A program made the position numbers and the translations under genes. DNA of 64,000 bases from Oscillospiraceae bacterium (lineage in GTDB: Bacteria > Bacillota > Clostridia > Oscillospirales > Ruminococcaceae). This document shows positions 48,601 to 56,453 of this stretch, one piece after another (position 1 is the stretch's first letter; each line of letters starts with the position of its first letter). The notes beneath the pieces are model-generated. The model was not told the DNA's origin. It ran no database searches and saw only the letters and a list, made by a program, of their open reading frames with translations. The stretch covers positions 23,696 to 87,695 of the forward strand of contig WRKZ01000001.1 of the NCBI GenBank assembly GCA_009777835.1, in the 5' to 3' direction.

Positions 48601-49493
48601 GATTCGTATTGAATTTCTCGGTAGTCAGCGAAAACTACGCAATCGAAGGATACTCCTTCGCAGAAGGCTCACTCGTGATTCTTCCCGGCGAAGTTGGCGA
48701 ATTCGGACTTGACATTGAACTGTTCGTATCGGCAGAACTCCTCGGCGAACTTGACGCAGCAGACATCAATCTGTACTATGTTTCCGGCGCGACTGTTTCT
48801 CTCATCAAAGACGGCGTTGAAGTCGTAGTTGAAGCTTGTGAAGAAGCAGAAGAAGACGAAGAGCATGATTGCGAAGAAGAAGAATGTGAACTCGCTGTTC
48901 TCGGCGTAAAAGTCGTACTCAGCAAAGCAAGCTTCTACGTACTCGCTGACGCTGCTCCTCAAGTAGAAGGTGACGTAACTGATACTACCACTTCTGACAC
49001 CGAAACCGAACCGACCGAAACCGAACCGACCGAAACCGAAACTTCGGCAACTGAAACCGAAACTTCGGGAACCGACACTTCCGTAAGCACTACTTCGGGA
49101 ACCGACACTTCCGTAAGCACTACTTCGGGAACTTCCGGAAGCAATGACGTTAACACTTCGGACACTTCGGACACTTCGGACACTTCCGGAACTGCTACTT
49201 CTGTAAGCGAATCCGATACTGAAGCTACTTCGGAAACTTCTGAAATTATTGAAGAAGGCTACAAAGTAGGTGACGTTAACGGTGACGAACAGATTACGAT
49301 TGCTGACGCACTCGAAATTCTGAAGTACTTGGCGAAAATGACGAGTACCCTCGACACAGAAGAAGGTCTTGAAGCGGGAAGAATCCTCGGCGCAACCGTA
49401 CCGGGAATCGGCGATGTTCTTGAAATCCTCAAATACCTCGCGAAAATGAACAACGCACTCGTTGATAATCACGATTGGGCACCCAGGGCGTAA
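45675..49493 (+). CDS. Large acidic secreted dockerin protein, candidate S-layer/major surface protein
   Basis: Signal peptide; duplicated ~370-aa unit; Ala/Ser insert; beta-rich domain ending ASFYVL; T/S/E linker; C-terminal GDVNGDEQITIADALEILKYLAKM dockerin. Confidence 0.8.
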   Translation: MRKRRLLAILVTVSMVLSLFTMFTSASDAVRDTVTREWGYVNEYEYEIDVKVDFGGNVAFAVGDKVNLSAVDADSFVAEKADSSPKAFTVSGAKISGNNRTQEIATDSFGWEVFTVVGTANDRITAGSRSSLTFTLVGKFEADLYNGTYEVDDIQIVDDFFAQLVLGESPEEEEIDFVYAEDDDGIDEIIFVTDVRATATKVALEDVVDNGSDFIGNSDLGLYGDYGDGIFTLKMKGIEWDEAPFIFGADAVVLDLDFVGRNLGNSGNSDPNYDLLVWTDIFELANADDNGDFDIEEFIDEVVRVRIPKPANANANLGTLSAELPVDYLYCESDDDGYEQVEEIYFAVVNRVAKKDDTWATVVIEDVLGEDTPDSAENQLFGATLTIEGEYLLIGVPEGEGEVTRSYGYVNEYEYEIDVKIDFGGEVFFAVSDAVELDGGFNAAVAEELATLEATMAVETAAYDAASASEETVTSVMTSASTDESSARTAATSASNAAADASASLVSESVAGNNTSAFSSAYASALVDVASAEAAVASASSAYSSASVASDSLDVAMTSASTAYDNASSSASSIEDEADRVFVVAADEDENEFELTVSAVRISGNSRMQPADNTDQLGSADAREKGFEWDVASAVGTRNDRLTAGNRSYLTFTLIGNFDLDLYNDGFDVDSIKIAEGFLATIIFDEDSSETPFKYNKNVNGIDDIISVSAVRKTGEKVALDDVVLSKASNTNNAGAFDLTDGVTTLELGRILFNEAPFIFGAESIVLDLEFTERNLKNFNTGDDNYDLLVWTDLFEDENTEEGDTFDVMDFLGDVVRFRIPRPSNANTNLGVLSVELPAEFFSNADFKRASKIYFAVINRVVGENDTFVDVVIEDVVDGTDNALWGASLTIEGEAIRPTVPVKENYVIDDISEKIGEDGKVDLAELIAEIGANYDKVILSEEGLLALEEDLTVVVAEGIEYTILVDSIDEDAIAEGFVLNFSVVSENYAIEGYSFAEGSLVILPGEVGEFGLDIELFVSAELLGELDAADINLYYVSGATVSLIKDGVEVVVEACEEAEEDEEHDCEEEECELAVLGVKVVLSKASFYVLADAAPQVEGDVTDTTTSDTETEPTETEPTETETSATETETSGTDTSVSTTSGTDTSVSTTSGTSGSNDVNTSDTSDTSDTSGTATSVSESDTEATSETSEIIEEGYKVGDVNGDEQITIADALEILKYLAKMTSTLDTEEGLEAGRILGATVPGIGDVLEILKYLAKMNNALVDNHDWAPRA
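49000..49200 (+). repeat. Nested short tandem repeats encoding the Thr/Ser/Glu linker
   Basis: 30-bp unit at 49062 and 49092; gaaaccgaaccgacc x2; acttcggac repeats. Confidence 0.85.
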
Positions 49494-49609
49494 CAGAAAC
49501 TAATTAGTCCCACACTCTCCGCGGGAGAGAGTAAAAAAATAAAAACAGATTTCGGGCGGGAAAACCGCTAATGACACCCGCCCGAAACAAAATTTGGAGG
49601 TAATTCAAA

Positions 49610-50326
49610 ATGAAAAAAATGGTAAAACTCATGTCAATAATCGTAGCTATCGCTATGATTGCTTCTCTCGCAGTTAGCGCATCCGCTTCTGCAGGCACTC
49701 CGAACACTGCCGGAGAAAAAGGAATCGTATTCGGTTTCGTAAACAATGACCCGACTAAGTTGGCACTTATCGTTCCGGACGGCGGAACTACCGGTATTGC
49801 CGGTTGGGGATTCGTTGACATCAAAATCGTTCCTCCTGCAGGCGGAACCATCAATGCACGTCCGTCAGCTGCTGACGAAGACCTTGACATCACTAACACC
49901 CCCGGTTCCAGCGTAGTTGAAGGCACCTACGGCGGCGGCGTTGTATTCCCTGAATTTTTTGCAGGCGGATTCGTTGTTGCAACTTGGAACGTAACCGGAA
50001 CCGGCGACTTCGTAATCACCGGTGACTACACTTATGACCCTGAAGGCGCTGATAATGAAGATTTCACATTGAACCTTACCGTAAGCAACGTATTCGGAAG
50101 CACCGAAACTACCGTTGCAACTCAAGAAACCGCTGCACCTACCGAAACAACTGAAGGCGGAACTGAAGAAGGAACTCAAGCAACTGCAGCTCCTACCGCA
50201 GCTCCTACCGCTGCTGCTACCACCACTTCGGGAACCACTCCTAAAGGCGGCGTAGCTCTCGCAATCATTCCTACTTTGGCAGCTGCCGGCGCAGCAGTCT
50301 TCGCAGCTTCCAGAAAAAGGAAGTAA
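49610..50326 (+). CDS. Sortase-signal surface protein with a ~135-aa beta domain (candidate cohesin/anchoring scaffoldin)
   Basis: Signal peptide, beta-strand domain, T/A/E linker, TPKGG-hydrophobic-RKRK tail; the cohesin call is a loose pattern match only. Confidence 0.65.
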   Translation: MKKMVKLMSIIVAIAMIASLAVSASASAGTPNTAGEKGIVFGFVNNDPTKLALIVPDGGTTGIAGWGFVDIKIVPPAGGTINARPSAADEDLDITNTPGSSVVEGTYGGGVVFPEFFAGGFVVATWNVTGTGDFVITGDYTYDPEGADNEDFTLNLTVSNVFGSTETTVATQETAAPTETTEGGTEEGTQATAAPTAAPTAAATTTSGTTPKGGVALAIIPTLAAAGAAVFAASRKRK

Positions 50327-50442
50327 GACTAACCTAATGTCAAGGCTTTGACATTGCAAACAGGTAATATGCGGGCGGTAGATTAGCTCTGCTGCCCGCT
50401 TTTACAACTAAAATTAGAGGGAAAATCTGGAGGAATACTAAC

Positions 50443-50718
50443 ATGAAATTGAGAAAAGTTTCTTCACTCGTGATTGCTATCGCTATGGCGGCTACTATGG
50501 CTGCAGCAGCAAGTGCGAGCGAAAACGAAACCGAAACCACTGCTGAAGAAACCACCGCTGCAACTGCTGCTACGACTGCAGCAACTACTGCCGGTGGAAC
50601 TGTTGCAGGTGGGGACAAAGACGGCGACCTCAAAACAGGTGTCGGCGGCGTGGCTATCCTCGGTGGAGTCGCTGTTATGGCGGCAGGTGCCGTTATAGTC
50701 GCGAAAAAGAGAAAGTAA
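50443..50718 (+). CDS. Minimal sortase-signal protein (Thr/Ala/Glu-rich mature peptide of about 40 aa)
   Basis: SD ggagg; signal peptide; DLKTG-hydrophobic-KKRK tail. Confidence 0.82.
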   Translation: MKLRKVSSLVIAIAMAATMAAAASASENETETTAEETTAATAATTAATTAGGTVAGGDKDGDLKTGVGGVAILGGVAVMAAGAVIVAKKRK

Positions 50719-50733
50719 TCGCATCACGCGATG

Positions 50734-50768
50734 AACGACGCCGGGATTTTTCCGGCGTCGTTTTATTG
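50734..50768 (+). terminator. Intrinsic terminator closing the surface-protein operon
   Basis: aacgacgccgg/ccggcgtcgtt stem followed by ttatt. Confidence 0.8.
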
Positions 50769-50772
50769 AAGA

Positions 50773-50858
50773 TAAGGGTGTAATACCCGCCCATTGGGGC
50801 AGTTCTCTCGCCCGTAGGGCGAGGGGTGCAGGGCTTGCCCTGCGGTGTTAGCTTACAT
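50773..50858. repeat. Repeat family B, copy 2
   Basis: Highly similar to 28741-28827. Confidence 0.85.
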
Positions 50859-51090
50859 TTGGCGAAATTTGTATGAATCTGCCGACACGATTTTGGGAAA
50901 AGTATATTGAAGCAATCCTTATTCCTATATTTAGAAGCGTTGAGAATTTTCGTGAAAAATAACCAAAAATTCACCTAAAATTTTGGTTATTTTGCCTATT
51001 GAAAATTTCTTAAATTTATATTATAGTATAAGGGTAAGCATTTGCGGCTGTTCGGCTGCAAAAACAAAAAAATTTGGAGGAAATAATCGC

Positions 51091-51759
51091 ATGAAATTAA
51101 GGAAAATTCTATCGTTAGTCGTGGCAATCGTCATGATTAGCACTCTCGCAATTTCCGCAGGCGCGGTTTGGACAGTTCCGATTGAATCGGCACCGAGTGG
51201 ATACGACGTACAGTTCCATGTAGCGGGCTCTTCGGTAAGACCCAGAACCGATGCAATCAACTACGAACTTATCAGGGGCGTAAGATGGACGTTCGAACTC
51301 ACCGAAACCGATTACGGTGTAGACGAAAATGGTGTTCCCGGGGATTTCGTTGTGGTTAGTGCCGGTTGGAACTGCGGACCTACTGGCTGGCAACAACAAG
51401 ATTTCAATTACCCGGCACAAAAAAGCTACACGGTTGACCTTAGTCAACACGCTTGGGTTCCCGCACCTGAAGGTCAAGAAGGCGGCACGGGAATCGACTG
51501 GTTGGAGGTTTCTGCAGCAGTATTCTCCGACCTTACGTGTAAAGGAACGGTTAAAATCGAAATCCTCGGGCCGAACAACGTTGTTCTTTCCAGAGGACAG
51601 CAGGAACTCGCAACTACGAGTACCGGCACTACTGCTACCGGCAACACCAACAATTCCGAACTTAAAACCGGCGTTGACGGCGTGGCGATTCTTGGCGGCG
51701 TAGCGATTCTCGCGGCAGGTGCAGTAATTGTTACCGGCAAAAGAAGAAAATCTCGCTAA
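51091..51759 (+). CDS. Sortase-signal surface protein with a Trp-containing beta-sandwich (CBM-like) domain
   Basis: SD ggagg; signal peptide; WNCGPTGWQQQDF; ELKTG-hydrophobic-KRRK tail. Confidence 0.8.
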   Translation: MKLRKILSLVVAIVMISTLAISAGAVWTVPIESAPSGYDVQFHVAGSSVRPRTDAINYELIRGVRWTFELTETDYGVDENGVPGDFVVVSAGWNCGPTGWQQQDFNYPAQKSYTVDLSQHAWVPAPEGQEGGTGIDWLEVSAAVFSDLTCKGTVKIEILGPNNVVLSRGQQELATTSTGTTATGNTNNSELKTGVDGVAILGGVAILAAGAVIVTGKRRKSR

Positions 51760-51781
51760 ATTGAGAGTCTAATCTTAATCC

Positions 51782-51815
51782 AAAAAATACCGCTTGAATA
51801 AGGCGGTATTTTTTT
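51782..51815 (+). terminator. Intrinsic terminator
   Basis: aaaaaataccgc/gcggtatttttt. Confidence 0.8.
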
Positions 51816-51868
51816 GTTTGTGAGTGTTAAACTAGTGTCAAGTAAAGCAGTATTTTTAAAGAAATCAA

Positions 51869-52834
51869 GTGAGGAATCAAATGAGGAAATTTATAGCAAG
51901 TATTACAGCGGGATTAATTTCCGTGCTGTTTTTGACGACGATTGCAAGCGCAATTCAGTTTAGCCCTGAAAACAAAGACATCGAAATCGTGTATGGCGAA
52001 TTCACCGGATACAGATTCAACGGGCCGGAAGCCCCGGTTGGGGTGAACACCTCACAAATCGCGAAGGTGAAGTTCTATATCAAATGCCCCGACTTAGAGA
52101 CAATCGAAGAAGCGGTCGTGCAACTTGTATTCAATTCGGGGAGTACCGGTTGGGTCGAAACCGAACATGATTTGAACGACGGACTAATCGTCGAAGTGGA
52201 GGTTGACGGTGTAGTCGAAGGTGATTTCTTCGATGCGGCGTTGGGAACCTGGAACGAAGAAGTTTGGGGAACGTTCTCGGTAGAATTGCTCAACTCGGCA
52301 GGAGGAGTCATCGGAACGCCGGTTTACCCCGACAATGAACCCGAAGTCACCGAGACCGAACCGGAATTCACCACGTCGGAACTTATGAAAGACGGAGTGA
52401 ACACCGAAGAAACGAGTGAAGAAATGACCGAAGAAATGACCGAAGAATCCATCGAGGAAACCATGCCTGAATTTACCGAACATGAAACCACCGAGACTCA
52501 TCACGAAATGACCGAACCGGAAGAAACAGTCGCCCCTAAAGACGGGACTTTCGCCCCGGTGACTACCACCATGTTCGAGACTGTAGCGGGCGCGCAAGAC
52601 AACGAAACCAACACCACCGAGACCGTTACGGAAACCATGAGCGAAGAAGAAGTCACCACCGTCCCGACCACCGAGGCAACGACAGCAGAGACTTCGCCTC
52701 ACAGCTCCGCGGCAATTCAAGGCGGAAATGAAACCGCGCCCAAGACCGGCAGTACGCATATCGCGACTGCGATTATCATCACGACACTTTCGGCAGTGAC
52801 AATCGCGACAACACGTAAGAAGAGGAATCCTTAG
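51869..52834 (+). CDS. Sortase-signal surface protein with a related CBM-like domain and a long T/E stalk
   Basis: Signal peptide; FNSGSTGWVETEH; Glu/Thr-rich stalk; APKTG-hydrophobic-RKKR tail. Confidence 0.8.
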   Translation: MRNQMRKFIASITAGLISVLFLTTIASAIQFSPENKDIEIVYGEFTGYRFNGPEAPVGVNTSQIAKVKFYIKCPDLETIEEAVVQLVFNSGSTGWVETEHDLNDGLIVEVEVDGVVEGDFFDAALGTWNEEVWGTFSVELLNSAGGVIGTPVYPDNEPEVTETEPEFTTSELMKDGVNTEETSEEMTEEMTEESIEETMPEFTEHETTETHHEMTEPEETVAPKDGTFAPVTTTMFETVAGAQDNETNTTETVTETMSEEEVTTVPTTEATTAETSPHSSAAIQGGNETAPKTGSTHIATAIIITTLSAVTIATTRKKRNP

Positions 52835-52845
52835 GAATCATAACA

Positions 52846-52878
52846 AAAACAAGAGCCGCAATCAGCGGCTCTTGTTTT
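52846..52878. terminator. Bidirectional terminator
   Basis: aaaacaagagccgc/gcggctcttgtttt. Confidence 0.85.
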
Positions 52879-52886
52879 CGTTACGC

Positions 52887-53471
52887 TCATCTTATTTCAA
52901 CGATTGTGATGTTTTCAACCGGGACGCTGACTTCGCTTAAGAGTGCGTCTTTGATTTTCGCGGCATCTTGTGCGGTAAGTCCGTCGGTACGGACGATTAT
53001 GTTCGTACCGCGTTCGGAAATGTAACACAGCACATCCGAGAATCCTTGTGCACGTAGGAGGGCTTCGACTTTAGCCTCACTTTCGATGAATCCGCCAAGG
53101 GAAAGTGCATCCCCGGCGATTGCCTGGATTTCCTCACCGCGAACGTCACCGCCTGATATAATGGTCTGGATAAATTCTTTGGCTTCATCACGGCTTTCGC
53201 GCTTTGAAATCCTCGCCTGGGCGAAAAACGCCGCAACATCATCGTCGAGTATGTCTGCTGAGACGAATTGCGTGTCACCATAGTTGGAGTTCCTGCCGGC
53301 TTGTTCCTCGCCCGCATTTTCGGAAGGGGTGGTGGAGGGCTGAACGTTCCTGTTTGCCGAGACCGCAAAGTTTACATAGACCGCTAACCCTAAAAGTAAA
53401 GCGAGTCCTGCGATTATGATTTGTTTTTTACCGATGATTACGTTGATTCGCGGAAGTTTGAATTTTCTCAT
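52887..53471 (-). CDS. spoIIIAH: Stage III sporulation protein AH
   Basis: LGLAVYVN TM, FFAQARI..RE.R, EAKVEALLRAQGFSD; last gene of the operon. Confidence 0.9.
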   Translation of the reverse strand: MRKFKLPRINVIIGKKQIIIAGLALLLGLAVYVNFAVSANRNVQPSTTPSENAGEEQAGRNSNYGDTQFVSADILDDDVAAFFAQARISKRESRDEAKEFIQTIISGGDVRGEEIQAIAGDALSLGGFIESEAKVEALLRAQGFSDVLCYISERGTNIIVRTDGLTAQDAAKIKDALLSEVSVPVENITIVEIR

Positions 53472-53510
53472 GTTAGTTTTCTCCTTTGGAATGTAAGATT
53501 AGTTTTTGTT

Positions 53511-53996
53511 TTAAGAAGTTACGCTGATTCTCGTTGTGTTGATTCCTAACACGCGTGAAACCAACTCAATGAGTTTCTGTTTGACGATTACGTTTTCGCC
53601 GCCTTCACAAACGATTGCCACCCCGCGGACTTTTGGGGTTATGACGGTTCTGACACCGCTCCCCCTCTCGGAATAGACGTTCTCGGAAAGGCTGTCTAAT
53701 GTAACGACGATTGTGAACTCCCCTACGCCGTCAATAGCGGAAATGGCCCTTTCAAGCTTTTGTTCGAGTCGCTTCTCGTATTCCTCATAAGCGGTGTAAT
53801 CCGAAACCGCCGCCGGGTTCGAGCCGCCTCGATCGTTCTGCGAAAACGCATCCGATACGAACAGCAGTGCAATCAATGCTAATGCGCCGACCAGCAGTGT
53901 TTTGAACGCTTTCTCATTCTTGAACAATGACCTAAAGTCAAAGACTTTGCTTTTCTTCTCCATGATTCCATGCCGCCCACCCTGCATATGCGGCAT
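53511..53996 (-). CDS. spoIIIAG: Stage III sporulation protein AG, short form (start 53996 or 53963)
   Basis: YEKRLEQKL...IDGVG...V.VTL, PKVRGVAIVCEGG, L.I...RISV. Confidence 0.85.
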   Translation of the reverse strand: MPHMQGGRHGIMEKKSKVFDFRSLFKNEKAFKTLLVGALALIALLFVSDAFSQNDRGGSNPAAVSDYTAYEEYEKRLEQKLERAISAIDGVGEFTIVVTLDSLSENVYSERGSGVRTVITPKVRGVAIVCEGGENVIVKQKLIELVSRVLGINTTRISVTS

Positions 53997-54025
53997 GGTG
54001 GTTAGTCCTTTCCTGTTTTTTAAGC

Positions 54026-54532
54026 TCACGCTTCGTCCGTCTTGAATTCCCCCGTGATTAATATTTCGTCTCCAACCTCCCTCTGAATGATTCGAAATGA
54101 CTCCCTGAGCCGCTCAATTTCTTCTTCATTCTCCTCATCCCCTTCCTTTGTGAGTACAACCCTAATTTCATTAATAGATATGCTGTACTTGTCTGAAATA
54201 TTAACGTTTACCGAAATTTGTCGTACGAAAATTTCTTCCTCGGCTAATATCCGGGTGAGTTGGTGGCTTATTTCCTTCTCGACTGCATGGGATTGCGCTT
54301 TGTTGTATTCCTCTTCGAAGTTGATGTACGGAATGTTGTCGAACAGCCCGTCGGTTTCAAATTCCGATGCGAAGTTGACCCGCCCGCTCGTGAAAAAGAA
54401 AGCGAATCCTGCAAGGAAAAAGCATGAGACCATGAAATCTGTCTGCTTTTTGGCAGAGCCTTCCGGCAATAACATTTTGAACAGGCTTAATGCAATCGCC
54501 ATTAAGCATACGTTTAGAAGAATTTCCCTCAT
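54026..54532 (-). CDS. spoIIIAF: Stage III sporulation protein AF
   Basis: Two N-terminal TM with MLLPEG; operon position. Confidence 0.75.
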   Translation of the reverse strand: MREILLNVCLMAIALSLFKMLLPEGSAKKQTDFMVSCFFLAGFAFFFTSGRVNFASEFETDGLFDNIPYINFEEEYNKAQSHAVEKEISHQLTRILAEEEIFVRQISVNVNISDKYSISINEIRVVLTKEGDEENEEEIERLRESFRIIQREVGDEILITGEFKTDEA

Positions 54533-54594
54533 TGTTATGACCATGCCTTTCCGCCACAAAGTGGCATGAATTCAAACCTGTCAAGCTCACCTGC
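54530..54594 (-). repeat. Shared leader element plus family A fragment ahead of spoIIIAF
   Basis: 64/65 identical to 56451-56515, including the start codon. Confidence 0.92.
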
Positions 54595-54619
54595 CGGCGG
54601 CTTGACGAAGCAAGCCCTG

Positions 54620-55780
54620 CTATGCTCCCCCAATGCGAATCATGAGTGCGACCGAAACTAACATAATCAGTGTAAAGCAGGAAATCATGGCTAAAATAAT
54701 CGAAAGTATATTCTCCCCGCTTTTGAGCAGTGAACCCAGTCGCGCCGCCCCGAACATTTCACCTACCGCTGCGGCGGCGGTTAGCGTGAATCGGAACACA
54801 AGCACCGACAGCAAAGACGGAAGACAGACCGCCGCAATCGCGACCATGCCGAATGCCCCGGTCGCGCTCTTAACCACTGTGAAGCTTCCGTTCACCACCG
54901 ATAAAGCATCCGAAATTGAGCCGCCGATAAACGGCACTCCTCCTGAAATGGTGAATTTTACCGCCCGCATCGCGACAGAGTCGGTACTCCCCGATACAAG
55001 GCTTTGAATCGTCAACAGCCCGACAAACAGCGTAGTGAGTAGTCCCAACGTCCAGACCACGAAGGTCTTTACCATATGGGCGAGACGTTCGGTCTTTAAA
55101 TCCGGGCTGACCGCCCCCGCAATCGAGACCCCTAAAATCGATACCGATAAAGGCATTAATGCCATTACCATGACCTGGCTGAAAATCTGTGCCGCCGCAA
55201 TGACCGCACCGTTGAACAGGTTCGCCGATACAAGTTGACCCATGACCGCCATTATTCCCGCCAGAATCGGAATAAAAGTCAACATGAATGCCCCCGCCGC
55301 CGTAAGGGTCTCGGTGGTGCGCATGACACATTCGGCGATTACCGCGCTCATAATCCCCGCCCCTGCGAGAACCCCCGCCATCTCGAAAGCGGTTACGGCA
55401 GAAGAACCCGATTTGGGGCCTGAAGCCGAGTCCCGCAGGGTCTCAGCAACCGCACACAGAAGAATCACCCCCGCCAAAGACATGAACATTTTCAGCGGCT
55501 TGGTGATTTCCTGTTTGAGGAGTGTCCATAATTCCGACAACACCGCCGTGAAGGTCAATTCAAGGGGCTTTGCTTCCTCCATGAATTCCTGCGCATCATC
55601 GGGGAGGGCTTCCAGCAATTCGTCTTGGTAAAGGTTGAGGTTTTCTTCTATATAGTTATTTAAATTTAGGGACACGATTTCGTTACGCTCATAGTCGTTT
55701 TCAACGACTATATTATTAGCAGAAGCCGAAAAAGTCGGCAGAATTATTACAAGAAGTATAATTGCGAACAGTTTTTTCAT
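54620..55780 (-). CDS. spoIIIAE: Stage III sporulation protein AE
   Basis: Multi-TM; PILAGIM, GLLT.Q, KFTISGGVPFIGGSISDA, VKSATGAFG. Confidence 0.92.
   Translation of the reverse strand: MKKLFAIILLVIILPTFSASANNIVVENDYERNEIVSLNLNNYIEENLNLYQDELLEALPDDAQEFMEEAKPLELTFTAVLSELWTLLKQEITKPLKMFMSLAGVILLCAVAETLRDSASGPKSGSSAVTAFEMAGVLAGAGIMSAVIAECVMRTTETLTAAGAFMLTFIPILAGIMAVMGQLVSANLFNGAVIAAAQIFSQVMVMALMPLSVSILGVSIAGAVSPDLKTERLAHMVKTFVVWTLGLLTTLFVGLLTIQSLVSGSTDSVAMRAVKFTISGGVPFIGGSISDALSVVNGSFTVVKSATGAFGMVAIAAVCLPSLLSVLVFRFTLTAAAAVGEMFGAARLGSLLKSGENILSIILAMISCFTLIMLVSVALMIRIGGA
55691..55711. repeat. 21-bp palindrome (family D) inside spoIIIAE
   Basis: atagtcgttttcaacgactat, identical to 61560-61580. 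Confidence 0.8.
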
Positions 55781-55810
55781 TTTCACTTCCCCTTTTTGAA
55801 TTTTTCTCAA

Positions 55811-56200
55811 TCAGGCGTTAATCAATCCCACGACAATATCCACCAGTCCTTTGAACAACGGAAGCGACACCAGAACAATCGCCAGTTTGCCCGCCATCTC
55901 GATTTTTGCGGCGATTGCCGTCTCACCGGAATCGCGGCAGGTGTCTCCCGCAAGTTGGGTTATATAGCAGATTGCTAATGCTTTCAGGAGTGCCGCACCA
56001 TAAACCGCATCGAGGCTTACGGTGTCGGTGAGTTCACGGATTAGCGTAAGTACCGGTGAAATCTGCCGAATTACGGCAAGCAGAATGACAATCCCCGCAA
56101 TCAGCGAGATGTATATGCCGAATTCGGGCTTGTACTGCTTTATGACTATAGAAAGCAGGGCAGCGATAATCCCCGCCCCGACAATCGGTATAAGTTCCAT
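55811..56200 (-). CDS. spoIIIAD: Stage III sporulation protein AD
   Basis: KQYKPEF, LLKAL.I.YITQ....CRDSGE.AIA.KIE.AGK. Confidence 0.93.
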   Translation of the reverse strand: MELIPIVGAGIIAALLSIVIKQYKPEFGIYISLIAGIVILLAVIRQISPVLTLIRELTDTVSLDAVYGAALLKALAICYITQLAGDTCRDSGETAIAAKIEMAGKLAIVLVSLPLFKGLVDIVVGLINA

Positions 56201-56255
56201 ATGACATGCCTCTTTCCGGTTGTTCCTTACATTTTTGACAGCTTTTCGGCTTACT

Positions 56256-56453
56256 TCAAGCAAACCCGAACACATTCTTAATCGTGTCGAACAGTACGCC
56301 GATTTCCTTTATAATCATCAGCAGAACCACCACTAATCCGGCTATACTGACCATCATTGCCTGTTCATTACGCTCCGACTGTTTAAGTAATTGCGAAAGT
56401 ACCGCCACGATGATTCCCACCCCGGCAATCTGAAAAATCAAGTCCAGTTCCAT
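56256..56453 (-). CDS. spoIIIAC: Stage III sporulation protein AC
   Basis: MELDLIFQIAGVGIIVAVLSQLLKQSER.EQA. Confidence 0.93.
   Translation of the reverse strand: MELDLIFQIAGVGIIVAVLSQLLKQSERNEQAMMVSIAGLVVVLLMIIKEIGVLFDTIKNVFGFA

Noticed and set aside
48669-50727. Minus-strand repetitive ORFs over the surface cluster
   Set aside because: Mirror translations of low-complexity linkers
45675-52834. Classical cellulosome gene cluster
   Set aside because: No glycoside hydrolase, CBM3 or multi-cohesin scaffoldin is recognisable in the window
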